From a phage: DNA of 64,000 nt. The DNA is taken from NCBI GenBank assembly GCA_037574385.1, contig GCA_037574385.1_4529.1; one strand, written 5' to 3'. Below are positions 53,120 to 63,930 of the stretch, one piece after another; positions within the stretch are counted from its first letter, which is position 1, and every line of letters begins with the position of its first letter. The notes beneath the pieces are model-generated. The model did no database searches. It was not told where the DNA came from and saw nothing but the letters and a program-made list of their open reading frames with translations. Both the position numbers and the translations under genes were made by a program.

Positions 53120-53788
53120 TTATTTTAATGTTACGAAAGAAGAATTACGAGTTTCACGAATTAGAACTGATCCATCGCGATTAATATAATAAATTAAGCT
53201 AAATAATGTTTGGTGAGCAGAAGCGTGCACAAAACTGGTTGGGCGAGATTTCCAATCAGGTGTTTCGGCTATCCATTGATAAATCCACCAAGGAACAGTA
53301 ACATATCCTAGGCCTTTGCCTAATTTAATGAGTGTAGGACTAAAATTTTCAGGCAGAACAAATTTTACTTCTTTATTTACCTCTGTCTCAGGCTCCTTTT
53401 CAGATTCAACAACCTGAGTAATTGCTTCTTCGAATTTATCATGGTCGAATTCTTTTTCTTGTTCGACAACTTCTAATACTTCAACTTGTTCTGTTGGAGA
53501 ATCAAACAACAGAATAGCTTCTTCTTTAACTTCTTCGTTGGTGAAATTAACACCGTCCACATCATCTGCGGCAGTAATTAAATCGGTTATAGATAATCCA
53601 TCAGTTTCAGGTAACGGTTCATCAGCCAGTGCGTTAAGAGCTTCTTCGATATCAATAACAATATTATCGAATGATTTTGTTTTCTTAACACTAATGCCAA
53701 ATTGTTTCGCATATTCGAACAGTTTAGCTTTGGCTTCCTTTTTATCAGAAAGAGCACGCAACTCTTCAATATAGTCTTTATCGATCAT
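53120..53788 (-). CDS. inh: Inh (inhibitor of prohead protease gp21), by synteny
   Basis: 222 aa acidic protein between hoc and uvsW (T4 Inh 226 aa). Confidence 0.65.
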   Translation of the reverse strand: MIDKDYIEELRALSDKKEAKAKLFEYAKQFGISVKKTKSFDNIVIDIEEALNALADEPLPETDGLSITDLITAADDVDGVNFTNEEVKEEAILLFDSPTEQVEVLEVVEQEKEFDHDKFEEAITQVVESEKEPETEVNKEVKFVLPENFSPTLIKLGKGLGYVTVPWWIYQWIAETPDWKSRPTSFVHASAHQTLFSLIYYINRDGSVLIRETRNSSFVTLK

Positions 53789-53801
53789 GGTATTTCCTCA
53801 T

Positions 53802-53809
53802 TATAAATA
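53802..53809 (+). promoter_or_regulatory. T4 late promoter TATAAATA for uvsW
   Basis: Exact TATAAATA 30 bp upstream of uvsW start. Confidence 0.55.
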
Positions 53810-53838
53810 TAACTATATTTATTACATGGTAATTTGAC

Positions 53839-55353
53839 ATGACTGACATTAAAGTACATTTTTATGATTTTAGTCACGTTCGCATTGAATGCGACGAAAG
53901 TACGTTTTACGAACTTCGTGACTTTTTTAGCTTTGAAGCTGACGGGTATAAATTTAACCCAAAATATCGCTATGGGCAATGGGATGGTAGAATTCGACTT
54001 TTAGATTACAATCGTTTGTTACCATATGGACTTGTAGGACAAATAAAAAAGTTCTGTAACAATATGAGTTATTCTGTATGGATTGACCCTAAAATCTTTG
54101 AGACCGAAGACCTTACCAGGGAAGATTTTGACGCATGGCTTTCTAAACAAGAAATTTATTCAGGCAATACCAAAATCGAACCGCATTGGTATCAAAAAGA
54201 TGCAGTATATGAAGGTCTAGTTAATCGTCGTCGAATTTTAAACCTTCCGACATCAGCAGGTAAATCACTAATCCAAGCACTTTTAGCTCGGTATTATCTA
54301 GAGAACTATGAAGGTAAAATTCTCATTATCGTCCCTACAACAGCATTGACAACCCAGATGGCTAATGATTTTGTTGATTATCGCTTGTTTAGTCATTCGA
54401 TGATTAAGAAAATTGGCGGTGGTGCTGATAAAGCGGACAAATCTAAAAACGACGCCCCAATTATTGTTGGCACATGGCAAACAGTAGTTAAGCAGCCTAA
54501 AGAATGGTTCTCTCAGTTCGGTATGATGATGAACGATGAATGCCACTTAGCAACAGGCAAAAGTATTTCTTCAATCATCTCAGGATTAAATAATTGCATG
54601 TTTAAATTCGGTTTATCCGGCTCATTAAGAGACGGAAAAGCCAATGTAATGCAGTACGTAGGTATGTTCGGCGAAATCTTCCGTCCTGTTAGCACGTCTA
54701 AATTAATGGAAGACGGACAGGTAACTGAGCTTAAGATTAATAGTATTTTCCTTCGTTATCCAGACGAATTCGCCACTAAATTAAAAGGTAAAACATACCA
54801 AGAAGAAGTTAAAATTATTACCGGACTAAAACGTCGTACAAAGTGGATTGCTCAACTTTCAGTCAAATTGGCTAAGAAAGACGAGAACGCCTTTGTAATG
54901 TTTAAACACGTTACACACGGTAAAGAAATATTTGAAGCTATTAAAGAGCTTGGATACGAAAAAGTTTATTACGTATCAGGTGAAGTTGATACTGAAACAC
55001 GTAACGCGCTTAAAGTCATGGCAGAAAATGGTAAAGGCATTATTATTGTCGCATCATATGGAGTGTTCTCTACCGGTATTTCAGTCAAGAATCTTCATCA
55101 TGTTATTTTTGCCCATGGTGTTAAATCAAAAATTATCGTACTTCAAACCGTAGGTCGCGTGCTTCGTAAGCATGGTTCTAAAGCTGTTGCTACAGTTTGG
55201 GATCTCATCGATGACGCAGGTGTAAAACCTAAATCATTAAATACTAAAAAGAAGTATACTCATCTTAATTACTTGTTAAAACACGGTATTGATCGTATCC
55301 AACGTTACGCTGATGAGAAATTTAACTATGTAATGAAAACAATTAATTTATAA
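53839..55353 (+). CDS. uvsW: UvsW SF2 DNA/RNA helicase
   Basis: 504 aa; Walker A PTSAGKS, DECH box (MNDECHLA). Confidence 0.9.
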   Translation: MTDIKVHFYDFSHVRIECDESTFYELRDFFSFEADGYKFNPKYRYGQWDGRIRLLDYNRLLPYGLVGQIKKFCNNMSYSVWIDPKIFETEDLTREDFDAWLSKQEIYSGNTKIEPHWYQKDAVYEGLVNRRRILNLPTSAGKSLIQALLARYYLENYEGKILIIVPTTALTTQMANDFVDYRLFSHSMIKKIGGGADKADKSKNDAPIIVGTWQTVVKQPKEWFSQFGMMMNDECHLATGKSISSIISGLNNCMFKFGLSGSLRDGKANVMQYVGMFGEIFRPVSTSKLMEDGQVTELKINSIFLRYPDEFATKLKGKTYQEEVKIITGLKRRTKWIAQLSVKLAKKDENAFVMFKHVTHGKEIFEAIKELGYEKVYYVSGEVDTETRNALKVMAENGKGIIIVASYGVFSTGISVKNLHHVIFAHGVKSKIIVLQTVGRVLRKHGSKAVATVWDLIDDAGVKPKSLNTKKKYTHLNYLLKHGIDRIQRYADEKFNYVMKTINL

Positions 55354-55378
55354 GGGCTTCGGCCCTTAGGAGATAAAA

Positions 55379-55609
55379 ATGGTACTTGAATTTAAACAAT
55401 TTTTATACGAAGCATCTATTGACGAATTCATGGGTAAAATTGCTAGTTGTCATACCCTAGAAGGGCTTGAAGAATTGGAAGCTTATTATAAGAAACGTAT
55501 AAAAGAAACGGAATTAAAAGATACAGATGATATTTCTGTCAGGGATGCCTTAGCAGGTAAGCGTGCCGAACTTGAAGGCGACGATGAGGATGCGGAAGAA
55601 GATTTCTAA
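55379..55609 (+). CDS. uvsW.1: UvsW.1 small acidic protein
   Basis: 76 aa as T4 UvsW.1; separated from uvsW by a UUCG hairpin. Confidence 0.75.
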   Translation: MVLEFKQFLYEASIDEFMGKIASCHTLEGLEELEAYYKKRIKETELKDTDDISVRDALAGKRAELEGDDEDAEEDF

Positions 55610-55617
55610 TTAAAAAA

Positions 55618-55640
55618 GGCCCGACCTTTTTGGAAGGGCC
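55618..55640. terminator. Bidirectional terminator hairpin between uvsW.1 and the downstream minus-strand gene
   Basis: GC stem flanked by A-run and T-run. Confidence 0.5.
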
Positions 55641-55665
55641 AAAACCATAGGCAAAAAAGGTAACA

Positions 55666-55833
55666 CTATAGTAAAAGTTGGGTTTCGTTCAATTGCTCTT
55701 CTGAACTTTCTGAAACCGGTAATTGTTGGACATAATTATAACAAGGACCAGGATGTGCCGGACCTTTGTCTGTTTCAACAACCAATGCAGAATCGATTGG
55801 AGTTTTACAGACAACACAAATCTTATCTGACAT
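55666..55833 (-). CDS. Small Cys-containing protein (55 aa) at the T4 uvsY.-2 position; not in the ORF track
   Basis: Manual translation MSDKICVVCKTPIDSALVVETDKGPAHPGPCYNYVQQLPVSESSEEQLNETQLLL with SD GAGGAGG; CxxC ... C. Confidence 0.5.
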   Translation of the reverse strand: MSDKICVVCKTPIDSALVVETDKGPAHPGPCYNYVQQLPVSESSEEQLNETQLLL

Positions 55834-55861
55834 GATTGCCTCCTCTGAATTATATATCTAT

Positions 55862-56086
55862 TTATACCACTCGCATGCACATATCGATACCCATATCTTT
55901 TGTATAAAAATACTCGTCGATGTACCCAGCAAACTTCCCTTTAATATAAAGGACGTCTTCGCCACAAGGATGGTCCGCCAGAATACGAATATCCTGGCGA
56001 CGTAGACGATACTTTTCCATTAAGAATTTAATTTCAGTTTCAAATTCTTCATCATTATTAAAGGCATCTTCAATTGAATAACGCAT
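55862..56086 (-). CDS. Protein at the T4 uvsY.-1 position
   Basis: 74 aa (T4 uvsY.-1 ~76 aa); directly upstream of uvsY. Confidence 0.6.
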   Translation of the reverse strand: MRYSIEDAFNNDEEFETEIKFLMEKYRLRRQDIRILADHPCGEDVLYIKGKFAGYIDEYFYTKDMGIDMCMRVV

Positions 56087-56499
56087 TATTGCCCCGCTTC
56101 AAATTCTCGCATATCTTGAATATGTTTAAGTGCAAAACTACGAGACTTAACTGCGTCAAGTGCACCACTACAGAACTCAAGTAAAATTCCCCAGTATTGT
56201 AAAGTAGTCTCTATTTTAAGCACATCTTTATCTGCAGCCAGGACAGTTTTCATTTCAGATTTCTCGTATCGGTCCATACTGAATTCATCACCATCACCTC
56301 GTCCCGAGTAGTAGTCTAATCTTGCTTTTAGAGCAGTTTTCTTCTGAGTCTCTATACGCAACATTTCTTTACGAATAAATGAGTGCTTACGTAGCCATTT
56401 GCTGTATAACTTAACATTATTCGCCGTCTCATATTGCAACTTTGTCGTATCAATAGCTAAGTCTGCGTCTAACTCTTCCTGTAAATCTTCCAGCTTCAT
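56086..56499 (-). CDS. uvsY: UvsY recombination mediator (start at MKLEDLQEEL)
   Basis: 137 aa from internal ATG; long matches to recalled T4 UvsY (LQYE.ANNV.LYSKWL.KHS.I.KEMLRIE.QKK.ALKARLDYYSGRGDGDEFSMDRYEKSEMKTVL.ADKDVLK). Confidence 0.9.
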   Translation of the reverse strand: MKLEDLQEELDADLAIDTTKLQYETANNVKLYSKWLRKHSFIRKEMLRIETQKKTALKARLDYYSGRGDGDEFSMDRYEKSEMKTVLAADKDVLKIETTLQYWGILLEFCSGALDAVKSRSFALKHIQDMREFEAGQ

Positions 56500-56579
56500 A
56501 ATGTTCTCTCTTTTAACTAATAATCTCCCGGCTGTATCGGAAGGACCTAAAACCATTATACATAGGTTGCCTTGAAGCA

Positions 56580-56978
56580 TTACACTCTATTGCTTGACGC
56601 TAACTGAAGTTTAATTTGTTCAATATCGTCAGGGTTGTCTACGACCGAAAATCTAATCTCTACTATAACCGTATAGTCATCATATACTGGCGTTACACTT
56701 ACAGAAAGTTTGTCGATGCGTGGCTCATAGTTACGAACAGCTGCTTGGATATTACGCTCAATCGTATCGGCTGTAAGTGGTGTCATGTTCTCGAAAAGTT
56801 CATCAACCAAATCGCATCCAAATTCAGGGTCGAATGGGCGTGAGCCTTTTCTGGTTGTCACTATGCCAAGAAGACTATTTTTAATAGAACGAAGTCCTAC
56901 AGAACGAGCAACGTCCTTGTTCCAATCCATACGCATTTCTGGGTCGATATCTGAATAAAGTTTATTGATATTAGACAT
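56580..56978 (-). CDS. 25: gp25 baseplate wedge protein
   Basis: 132 aa as T4 gp25. Confidence 0.9.
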   Translation of the reverse strand: MSNINKLYSDIDPEMRMDWNKDVARSVGLRSIKNSLLGIVTTRKGSRPFDPEFGCDLVDELFENMTPLTADTIERNIQAAVRNYEPRIDKLSVSVTPVYDDYTVIVEIRFSVVDNPDDIEQIKLQLASSNRV

Positions 56979-57604
56979 TATAATAACTCAAAGAATTCTT
57001 TGAGGCCTCGTATTGTGTGAACGTGTGACGCCCCACATTTGGGACATTTAATAGGGGTTGCTAGATAAATTGATGGCGATACCAAAAGATTTTTAATATT
57101 GATCATGTCATCTTCTGTTATAAGGCCGTAAAGGTCATTTATTTCTGCTTCAGTTAAATCTTCAACAGGGATGGACTCTCCATTGACAAAAACAGCCTCA
57201 ATACATGAAGCAATCATTAATGCGATATTTTTATCATCAAATAATTTAGGTTGACGGAACTTAATTTTAATACCACTGAACGAATACCAGGGATCGGCCT
57301 GTTCATCTAATTGAGTGTGCAATAAATTCATATAGACTTGAAATGAATGCCCACAGGAACAATTCCAGGTGTGTTCTTGATTCACTTCACCTAATGAATG
57401 TGCCCACAGATTTACCAACAATAACTCGGCTTCTTGTTTAGACAAGTTTTTAGCATTAGAGCAATTAGTGATAATATTGTTCACTGCTGATTCAATAGTA
57501 CCGGTAGCACGAGCACCTATGAGCCCTAAATATTCTTTTAAAGTAAAGGCTCTACAATTCACTTCTTTATCGCCTAAACGTACGGTAAACGTATATTTGT
57601 ACAT
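56978..57604 (-). CDS. 26: gp26 baseplate hub protein
   Basis: 208 aa as T4 gp26. Confidence 0.85.
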   Translation of the reverse strand: MYKYTFTVRLGDKEVNCRAFTLKEYLGLIGARATGTIESAVNNIITNCSNAKNLSKQEAELLLVNLWAHSLGEVNQEHTWNCSCGHSFQVYMNLLHTQLDEQADPWYSFSGIKIKFRQPKLFDDKNIALMIASCIEAVFVNGESIPVEDLTEAEINDLYGLITEDDMINIKNLLVSPSIYLATPIKCPKCGASHVHTIRGLKEFFELL

Positions 57605-57622
57605 GTTAACTCCTTTATTGTG

Positions 57623-57634
57623 TATTTATAAATA
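57623..57634. promoter_or_regulatory. Overlapping divergent late promoters (palindromic TATTTATAAATA) for genes 26 and 51
   Basis: TATAAATA readable on both strands in the 47-bp gap between divergent genes 26 and 51. Confidence 0.55.
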
Positions 57635-57651
57635 ATAGAAAAGGAGTAATT

Positions 57652-58404
57652 ATGGCTAATATAATTCGTTGTAAATTACCGGATGGTGTTCATCGTTTTA
57701 AGCCGTTCACTGTGGCGGATTATAGAGACTTTTTACTAGTTAGAAATGATATCGAACATCGTTCGCCGCAAGAACAAAAAGAAATAATTGCTGATCTGAT
57801 TGATGATTATTTTGGCGAGTACCCTAAAACATGGCAACCATTTATATTCCTGCAAGTTTTTGCAGGCTCTATAGGCAAAACAAAAGTTCCCGTTATTTTC
57901 ACTTGTCCTAAATGCTCTAAAGAAAAAACTGCACCATTTGAAATATATCAAAAAGAACTAGTCGAACCTGAACTTGATGTTGCTGGTATAAAAATACGTT
58001 TTTCTTTCCCTGAAAAGTTTTATGACAACAAAGCATTAATGATAAGTGAAAACATAAAAGAAATATATTATAACGATGAATGGTACCCATGGAATGATTT
58101 GACTGAAGAGAACCAAATCCAAGTAATAGAAGCAATAGACATTGACTCGCTCGAGAAGGTTATTGCTTCTATGAATCCTATTAATTTGACCCTTAGATTA
58201 GGTTGTTGTGAACGTCATGTTAAAACATACACTGATATCTTAGAGGTTTTTAAATTGTTAGTTAACCCTGATGAGATTTTTACATTCTATCAGATAAACC
58301 ATTCACTTGTAAAGAGTCAATACACATTGGATTCTATTATGCAAATGATTCCTGTTGAACGTGGTATTGCTTTAACATTAGTAGAAAAGGACCATAAAAA
58401 ATGA
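57652..58404 (+). CDS. 51: gp51 baseplate hub assembly catalyst
   Basis: 250 aa (T4 249). Confidence 0.85.
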   Translation: MANIIRCKLPDGVHRFKPFTVADYRDFLLVRNDIEHRSPQEQKEIIADLIDDYFGEYPKTWQPFIFLQVFAGSIGKTKVPVIFTCPKCSKEKTAPFEIYQKELVEPELDVAGIKIRFSFPEKFYDNKALMISENIKEIYYNDEWYPWNDLTEENQIQVIEAIDIDSLEKVIASMNPINLTLRLGCCERHVKTYTDILEVFKLLVNPDEIFTFYQINHSLVKSQYTLDSIMQMIPVERGIALTLVEKDHKK

Positions 58405-59573
58405 CAGTATTCCAACGTCCAGGATATCCTAACTTAAGCGTTAAATTATACCAAGATTATTCGGCTTGGCAAGAAAATAGATATGTTGAACTCGCAGCAA
58501 CAATAACAACTTTAACCATGCGAGATTCACTATATGGAAGAAATGAAGGGATTCTTCAATTTTATGACACTAAAAACATCCACACTAAAATGGATGGTAG
58601 ACAGATAGTTCAAATCTCTGTTTCAAATTCAAACACACCTCTTCAAGTTAGAACTCGAATTTACGGATGTAGACATTATTCTGTGTCTGTGGACTCAAAA
58701 GGTGACAATATTATTGCAATTGAGCTTGGAACAATACATTCTATAGAGAACCTTAAATTTGGGCGTCCATTCTTCCCAGACGCAGGAGAATCTATACGTG
58801 AAATGTTAGGTGTCATATATAAAGACCGTACGTTAATTACTCCGCCAATAAACACTATTAATGCTTATGTTCCTGATATTCCTTGGACAAGCACATTTGA
58901 TGATTATTTGGCATATGTCAGAGAATTAGGACTTGCTACAGCGAGTGATAAGTTCGTATTCGTATGGCAAGATATTTTAGGCGTAAACATGATTGACTAC
59001 GATACTCTTATTGGCCAGGAAGGCATTAAGATGGTTGTAGGCGAGCCAAATACTGTAGGTCAGTATATTCAAGAGCTTGAGTATCCATTAGTATGGGATT
59101 TTACCTGGATGACTAAAGCTAACCAATTTACAAGAGACCCTATTAAAAACGCCACAATATTCGCCCATTCATTTTTAGATACATCTATTCCGGTTATTGT
59201 TACAGGTGATGGTGATAATGCTATTCTTGTGTCAAGATCCGGCGGATATTCCGAAATGACCTATCGTAATGGATTTGAAGAAGCAAGTCGTCTTCAGACA
59301 ATGGCTCAATATGACGGATATGCTAAATGCACTACTACAGGTAATTTTAACATAACGCCTGCTACTAAAATTATATTTGTTGACCAAAAGAATCAATTCA
59401 AATCCGAATTTTACGTCGATGAAGTTATTCATGAGTTATCAAATAACAACTCACAAACTCATCTGTACATGTTTACCAACTCAATGGTGTTAGAACCTGT
59501 TAACCCAGTTAAGGTTAAAAATGAACTTAAATCTGATTCTACCTCTAAAGAAAATAATTCTACCACAGTCTAA
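58401..59573 (+). CDS. 27: gp27 baseplate hub protein
   Basis: 390 aa (T4 391). Confidence 0.9.
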   Translation: MTVFQRPGYPNLSVKLYQDYSAWQENRYVELAATITTLTMRDSLYGRNEGILQFYDTKNIHTKMDGRQIVQISVSNSNTPLQVRTRIYGCRHYSVSVDSKGDNIIAIELGTIHSIENLKFGRPFFPDAGESIREMLGVIYKDRTLITPPINTINAYVPDIPWTSTFDDYLAYVRELGLATASDKFVFVWQDILGVNMIDYDTLIGQEGIKMVVGEPNTVGQYIQELEYPLVWDFTWMTKANQFTRDPIKNATIFAHSFLDTSIPVIVTGDGDNAILVSRSGGYSEMTYRNGFEEASRLQTMAQYDGYAKCTTTGNFNITPATKIIFVDQKNQFKSEFYVDEVIHELSNNNSQTHLYMFTNSMVLEPVNPVKVKNELKSDSTSKENNSTTV

Positions 59574-60054
59574 TAAAAAGGTAATGATTCCCAAATTAGG
59601 GCTCAAACATTATAATCTTTTAAAGGACGTTAAAGGTCCTGATGAAAACATGAAAATCTTAGCTGATTCTATTTGTAAAAATATGAGTCCCGCAGATTTT
59701 GATTTTGCATGTCTACACATATTGGAATTTAATAACAAACTTAAGTCTGAAGTTGAAAAAGACGGATTCACTTATAAACTAGATGACGTTTATGTATGTC
59801 AACGAACGGAATTCCAATTCCAAGGTAATACTTTTTATTTTAGACCCCCAGGCAAATTTGAACAATTCGCTACAATCAGTGAAATGCTATCAAATTGCTT
59901 AATAAAAGTTAATGACGAAGAGAAAGAAATTTCTTTCCTTGAGATGCCTGCTTTTGTAATCAAATGGGCAGAAGACCTTTCGACAACTATTGCTATTCCA
60001 GGCCCTAATGGCCCTATTAAGGGTATAGCAGAAATTATTGGATTGCTTGAATGA
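59521..60054 (+). CDS. 28: gp28 baseplate hub distal subunit
   Basis: 177 aa as T4 gp28; overlaps gene 27 end. Confidence 0.8.
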   Translation: MNLNLILPLKKIILPQSNKKVMIPKLGLKHYNLLKDVKGPDENMKILADSICKNMSPADFDFACLHILEFNNKLKSEVEKDGFTYKLDDVYVCQRTEFQFQGNTFYFRPPGKFEQFATISEMLSNCLIKVNDEEKEISFLEMPAFVIKWAEDLSTTIAIPGPNGPIKGIAEIIGLLE

Positions 60055-61823
60055 AACCTGAAGAAATGAAATCCATGCGTAGAAATAAGGTCATTGCCGA
60101 TAATAAACCACAAAAAGTAGCTGCAACAGCAGCTACCGATTCATTAGAAGCATTGAATAACATTTCATCAAAACTAGACGATGTCCAAGCCGCGTCTGAA
60201 CTCACATCACAAAGTGTAGAAGATAAAGGCAATGGAATTATTGAATCAATTGGAGACTTAAAGAATTCGACAGATAATACTGCTGAAGGCACAGAGCTTA
60301 TCGCAGAAGTTATTGAAAAACAAACTGAAGTCACTAAAAGTATAAACGAAGTTTCTAGTGCAATAAGCTCTAAGTTAGACCGATTAGCTACATTATTAGA
60401 GCAAAAATTACAAACATCTACCGCTATTCAAAATACAGGAGGCACCTCTCTTGAAGTAATTGAGAACGCGATACCTGTTAAAGTGGTTGAGAACGAAACT
60501 TCTGATGAGTTGTTTAAAGCATTACCTACACCTGAAAAGATTGATAATAAGCCAGACGAAGATTTCTTCCCAGCACCGGTTCAAGAAAGCGCTAATTCTA
60601 CTTCCGATTCTAAAGGCGGGATTAGCTTTAAATTGAGCGATAAAATTGCAATGCTCACCAAAACAGTTCAAACCGGGTTTAATAAATCAATATCAATTTC
60701 AGACAGAATTGCTGGAATGCTTTTCAAATACACTATAACGGCTGCTATTGAAGCAGCAAAAATGGCCGCACTTATTCTTGGTATTGTTATCGGTATTGAT
60801 TTATTGATAGTCCATTTCAAATATTGGACAGACAAGTTCACTTCTGCCTGGGATTTATTTGATGAAAACTTTACTAAATTCTCTGATGAAGCTAAAGAGT
60901 GGGGTAAATTCTTAAGTGATATATTCACTTCTATTGACTCGATAAAACAATTGTGGGAAGCTGGAGACTGGGGTGGTTTAACCGTTGCTATTGTCAAAGG
61001 TGTAGGAACAGCATTAATGAACTTAGGTGAACTAATTCAATTAGGAATGGCTAAACTCTCTGCGTCTATATTGCGTGCTATAGGTTTTGGTGATACTGCG
61101 GACGAAATAGAAGGACGTGCTTTAGAAGGATTCCAAGAAACTACTGGGAACAAATTAAAGAAAGAAGACCAAGAGAAAGTCGCTAAATACCAAATGAAGC
61201 GTGACGATGGGGAATTAGGAACCGTTTCTAAAGGTCTTGATATGTTACAACGCGGCAAAACATTCGTTACTAACTGGGTTCGTGGTAATGACAATAAAGA
61301 AGAGTTTAGTACAAGCGATGAGCGTGCTGCGGAATCAGCAAAATTAAAAGAGCTACCTGAAGAGGAGCGTAAAGAGGCATATATAAAAGCTAATGAAACT
61401 CGGGCAGCCTTAGTTAGATTTGAGGATTATATCGATAAAATCGATATGACTAATCCGGAAAATGCTAAAAACGTTGAGAAGTCTTATGCTGATTTAAGTA
61501 AACTTATTAAAGACCCTGAACTTAATAAAACTCCTGTCGTTAAAAAGGAATTAGATGCTAGATTTGAAAAGCTAAATAATAAAATGGCTGAAGCCAAAAA
61601 AGCTCAGACAACAGTTAAGCCTGAATCTTCAACTAAATCTCCAGAAGCAAAACAAGTTCAGTCAATAGAGAAAGGACGTGCTTCTGAATCTAAACAACAG
61701 CAACCGGTAGCGACGATTAGTAACACAAACAATGTCGTCAAAAAGAATACCGTAGTCCAGAATATGACCCCTGTAACAAGTACAACGGCTCCTGGAATTT
61801 TCCATGCCACCGGTGTTAATTAA
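60051..61823 (+). CDS. 29: gp29 tail length tape-measure / baseplate hub protein
   Basis: 590 aa as T4 gp29. Confidence 0.9.
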   Translation: MKPEEMKSMRRNKVIADNKPQKVAATAATDSLEALNNISSKLDDVQAASELTSQSVEDKGNGIIESIGDLKNSTDNTAEGTELIAEVIEKQTEVTKSINEVSSAISSKLDRLATLLEQKLQTSTAIQNTGGTSLEVIENAIPVKVVENETSDELFKALPTPEKIDNKPDEDFFPAPVQESANSTSDSKGGISFKLSDKIAMLTKTVQTGFNKSISISDRIAGMLFKYTITAAIEAAKMAALILGIVIGIDLLIVHFKYWTDKFTSAWDLFDENFTKFSDEAKEWGKFLSDIFTSIDSIKQLWEAGDWGGLTVAIVKGVGTALMNLGELIQLGMAKLSASILRAIGFGDTADEIEGRALEGFQETTGNKLKKEDQEKVAKYQMKRDDGELGTVSKGLDMLQRGKTFVTNWVRGNDNKEEFSTSDERAAESAKLKELPEEERKEAYIKANETRAALVRFEDYIDKIDMTNPENAKNVEKSYADLSKLIKDPELNKTPVVKKELDARFEKLNNKMAEAKKAQTTVKPESSTKSPEAKQVQSIEKGRASESKQQQPVATISNTNNVVKKNTVVQNMTPVTSTTAPGIFHATGVN

Positions 61824-61831
61824 GGATTATT

Positions 61832-62941
61832 ATGATTAGTGTAAAAGAAATAGTAGTAGATGCAAAGGATTTAAATAAAGCAATCCCAGTCTCAGAAAGT
61901 GCTGGGCAAAGCACTAAAACCGAAACAACTACTAAAACTTATGTTGCTCAATTTCCTACAGGAAGAGCAGCCGGAAATGACTCCACAGGAGACTTCCAGG
62001 TAACAGACCTTTATAAGAATGGATTATTATTTACCGCGTACAATATGTCTGCACGCGATTCAGGATCCCTCAGGAATTTACGTCCGGCATACGCCGGGAC
62101 TTCATCTAATGGTATCATATCAGATTTAACTGATAATGTGAAAGATGCGGTGACTAAATTCTCAAACGGATTGCTTCCTGCTGGAGCTAATAAATCTACT
62201 ATAAATAAAACTCCTGTTGCTAATATACTTTTGCCACGTTCCAAATCTGACGTTGATACAACTTCACATCGTTTTAATGATATCGGTGATAGCCTTATTA
62301 CTAAAGGTGGAGGTACTGCTACGGGCGTTTTAAGTAACATTGCTTCTACTGCAGTTTTTGGTGCATTAGATTCTATTACTCAAGGTCTTATGGCTGATAA
62401 TAACGAACAGATTTATACGACTTCTCGTAGTATGTACGGCGGTGCTGAGAACCGTACTAAAGTCTTTACATGGGATTTAACTCCACGTTCAACTGAAGAC
62501 CTTATGGCTATTATAAACATTTACCAATATTTTAACTATTTCTCATATGGCGAGACTGGTAAATCACAATACGCCCAAGAGATTAAAAGTTATTTAGACG
62601 AATGGTACCGTTCAACGTTTATTGAGCCTATGACACCAGACGATGCTGTAAAAAATAAGACATTGTTTGAAAAGATTACTGCGTCATTAACAAACGTATT
62701 AGTTGTAAGCAACCCTACAATTTGGATGGTTAAAAACTTTGGACACACGTCTAAATTTGACGGGTTAACTGATGTATTTGGCCCATGTCAAATTCAAAGC
62801 GTACGTTTTGATAAAACTCCAAATGGACAATTTAATGGTCTCGCTGTTGCTCCTAACTTACCATCAACATTTACGTTAGAGATAACAATGCGAGAAATTA
62901 TTACATTAAACCGTTCTTCACTTTATGCGGGGACTTTCTAA
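61832..62941 (+). CDS. 48: gp48 baseplate tail-tube junction protein
   Basis: 369 aa (T4 364). Confidence 0.9.
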   Translation: MISVKEIVVDAKDLNKAIPVSESAGQSTKTETTTKTYVAQFPTGRAAGNDSTGDFQVTDLYKNGLLFTAYNMSARDSGSLRNLRPAYAGTSSNGIISDLTDNVKDAVTKFSNGLLPAGANKSTINKTPVANILLPRSKSDVDTTSHRFNDIGDSLITKGGGTATGVLSNIASTAVFGALDSITQGLMADNNEQIYTTSRSMYGGAENRTKVFTWDLTPRSTEDLMAIINIYQYFNYFSYGETGKSQYAQEIKSYLDEWYRSTFIEPMTPDDAVKNKTLFEKITASLTNVLVVSNPTIWMVKNFGHTSKFDGLTDVFGPCQIQSVRFDKTPNGQFNGLAVAPNLPSTFTLEITMREIITLNRSSLYAGTF

Positions 62942-63903
62942 TGTACTCTTTAGAAGAATTTAATAACCAAGCTATAAATGCAGATTTTCAACGAAACAAT
63001 ATGTTTAGTTGTGTATTTGCTACTACACCATCGACCAAATCGTCTTCACTAATTTCGTCAATTGGTAGTTTTGCTTATAATAACTTAGGGTTGGATTCTG
63101 ATTGGCTAGGATTGACTCAAGGTGATATCAATCAGGGCGTAACAACCCTGATTACAGCAGGAACACAGAAATTAATTCGAAAATCAGGTGTAAGTAAATA
63201 TCTGATTGGAGCAATGAGTCAACGTACGGTACAAAGCTTGTTAGGTGAGTTCACAGTAGGAGCTTATCTGATAGACTTCTTCAATATGGCATATAATAAT
63301 ACAGGTTTAATGATTTATTCTGTAAAAATGCCTGAGAACCGATTATCTTATGAAACAGATTTCAACTATAACTCACCGAACATCCGAATTACCGGTCGTG
63401 AAATGGACCCGTTAGTAATAAGCTTTAGAATGGATTCTGAAGCATCTAACTTTAGAGCAATGCAAGACTGGGTAAACTCGGTCCAAGACCCTGTAACAGG
63501 TCTTCGTGCTTTACCACAAGACGTCGAAGCAGATATTCAGGTTAATTTACATGCACGAAACGGTTTACCACATACCGCTGTCATGTTCACCGGATGTATT
63601 CCTGTTAGTGTCTCTTCTCCTGAGTTAACGTATGATGGTGATAATCAGATAACAGTTTTTGATGTAACATTTGCTTATCGCGTTATGCAATCAGGTGCTG
63701 TAAATAGACAGGCTGCTTTAGAATGGCTGGAATCAGGACTTATTAGTAGTGTTTCAGGAATGTTCGGAAATAATCAAAATGATTCTGGGCTAGGAAGTGC
63801 AGTATCAAGACTTTCTAGATTAGGTGGGACTGCTGGAGGTGTGTCTAATATAAACACATTGACAGGCGTGGTGAATTCTGCATCAAGAGTTTTAGGTCTA
63901 TAA
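62941..63903 (+). CDS. 54: gp54 baseplate tail-tube initiator
   Basis: 320 aa as T4 gp54. Confidence 0.9.
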   Translation: MYSLEEFNNQAINADFQRNNMFSCVFATTPSTKSSSLISSIGSFAYNNLGLDSDWLGLTQGDINQGVTTLITAGTQKLIRKSGVSKYLIGAMSQRTVQSLLGEFTVGAYLIDFFNMAYNNTGLMIYSVKMPENRLSYETDFNYNSPNIRITGREMDPLVISFRMDSEASNFRAMQDWVNSVQDPVTGLRALPQDVEADIQVNLHARNGLPHTAVMFTGCIPVSVSSPELTYDGDNQITVFDVTFAYRVMQSGAVNRQAALEWLESGLISSVSGMFGNNQNDSGLGSAVSRLSRLGGTAGGVSNINTLTGVVNSASRVLGL

Positions 63904-63913
63904 GAAAAAAAAA

Positions 63914-63930
63914 GGGAGACAACGTCTCCC
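63914..63930 (+). terminator. Hairpin GGGAGAC-AAC-GUCUCCC after gene 54
   Basis: 7-bp stem preceded by A9 and followed by UUUAGGGG. Confidence 0.5.

Noticed and set aside
55689-55880. ORF-track 63-aa minus ORF
   Set aside because: No RBS and implausible composition; a different frame in the same interval (55666..55833) has a strong SD and a coherent small protein.
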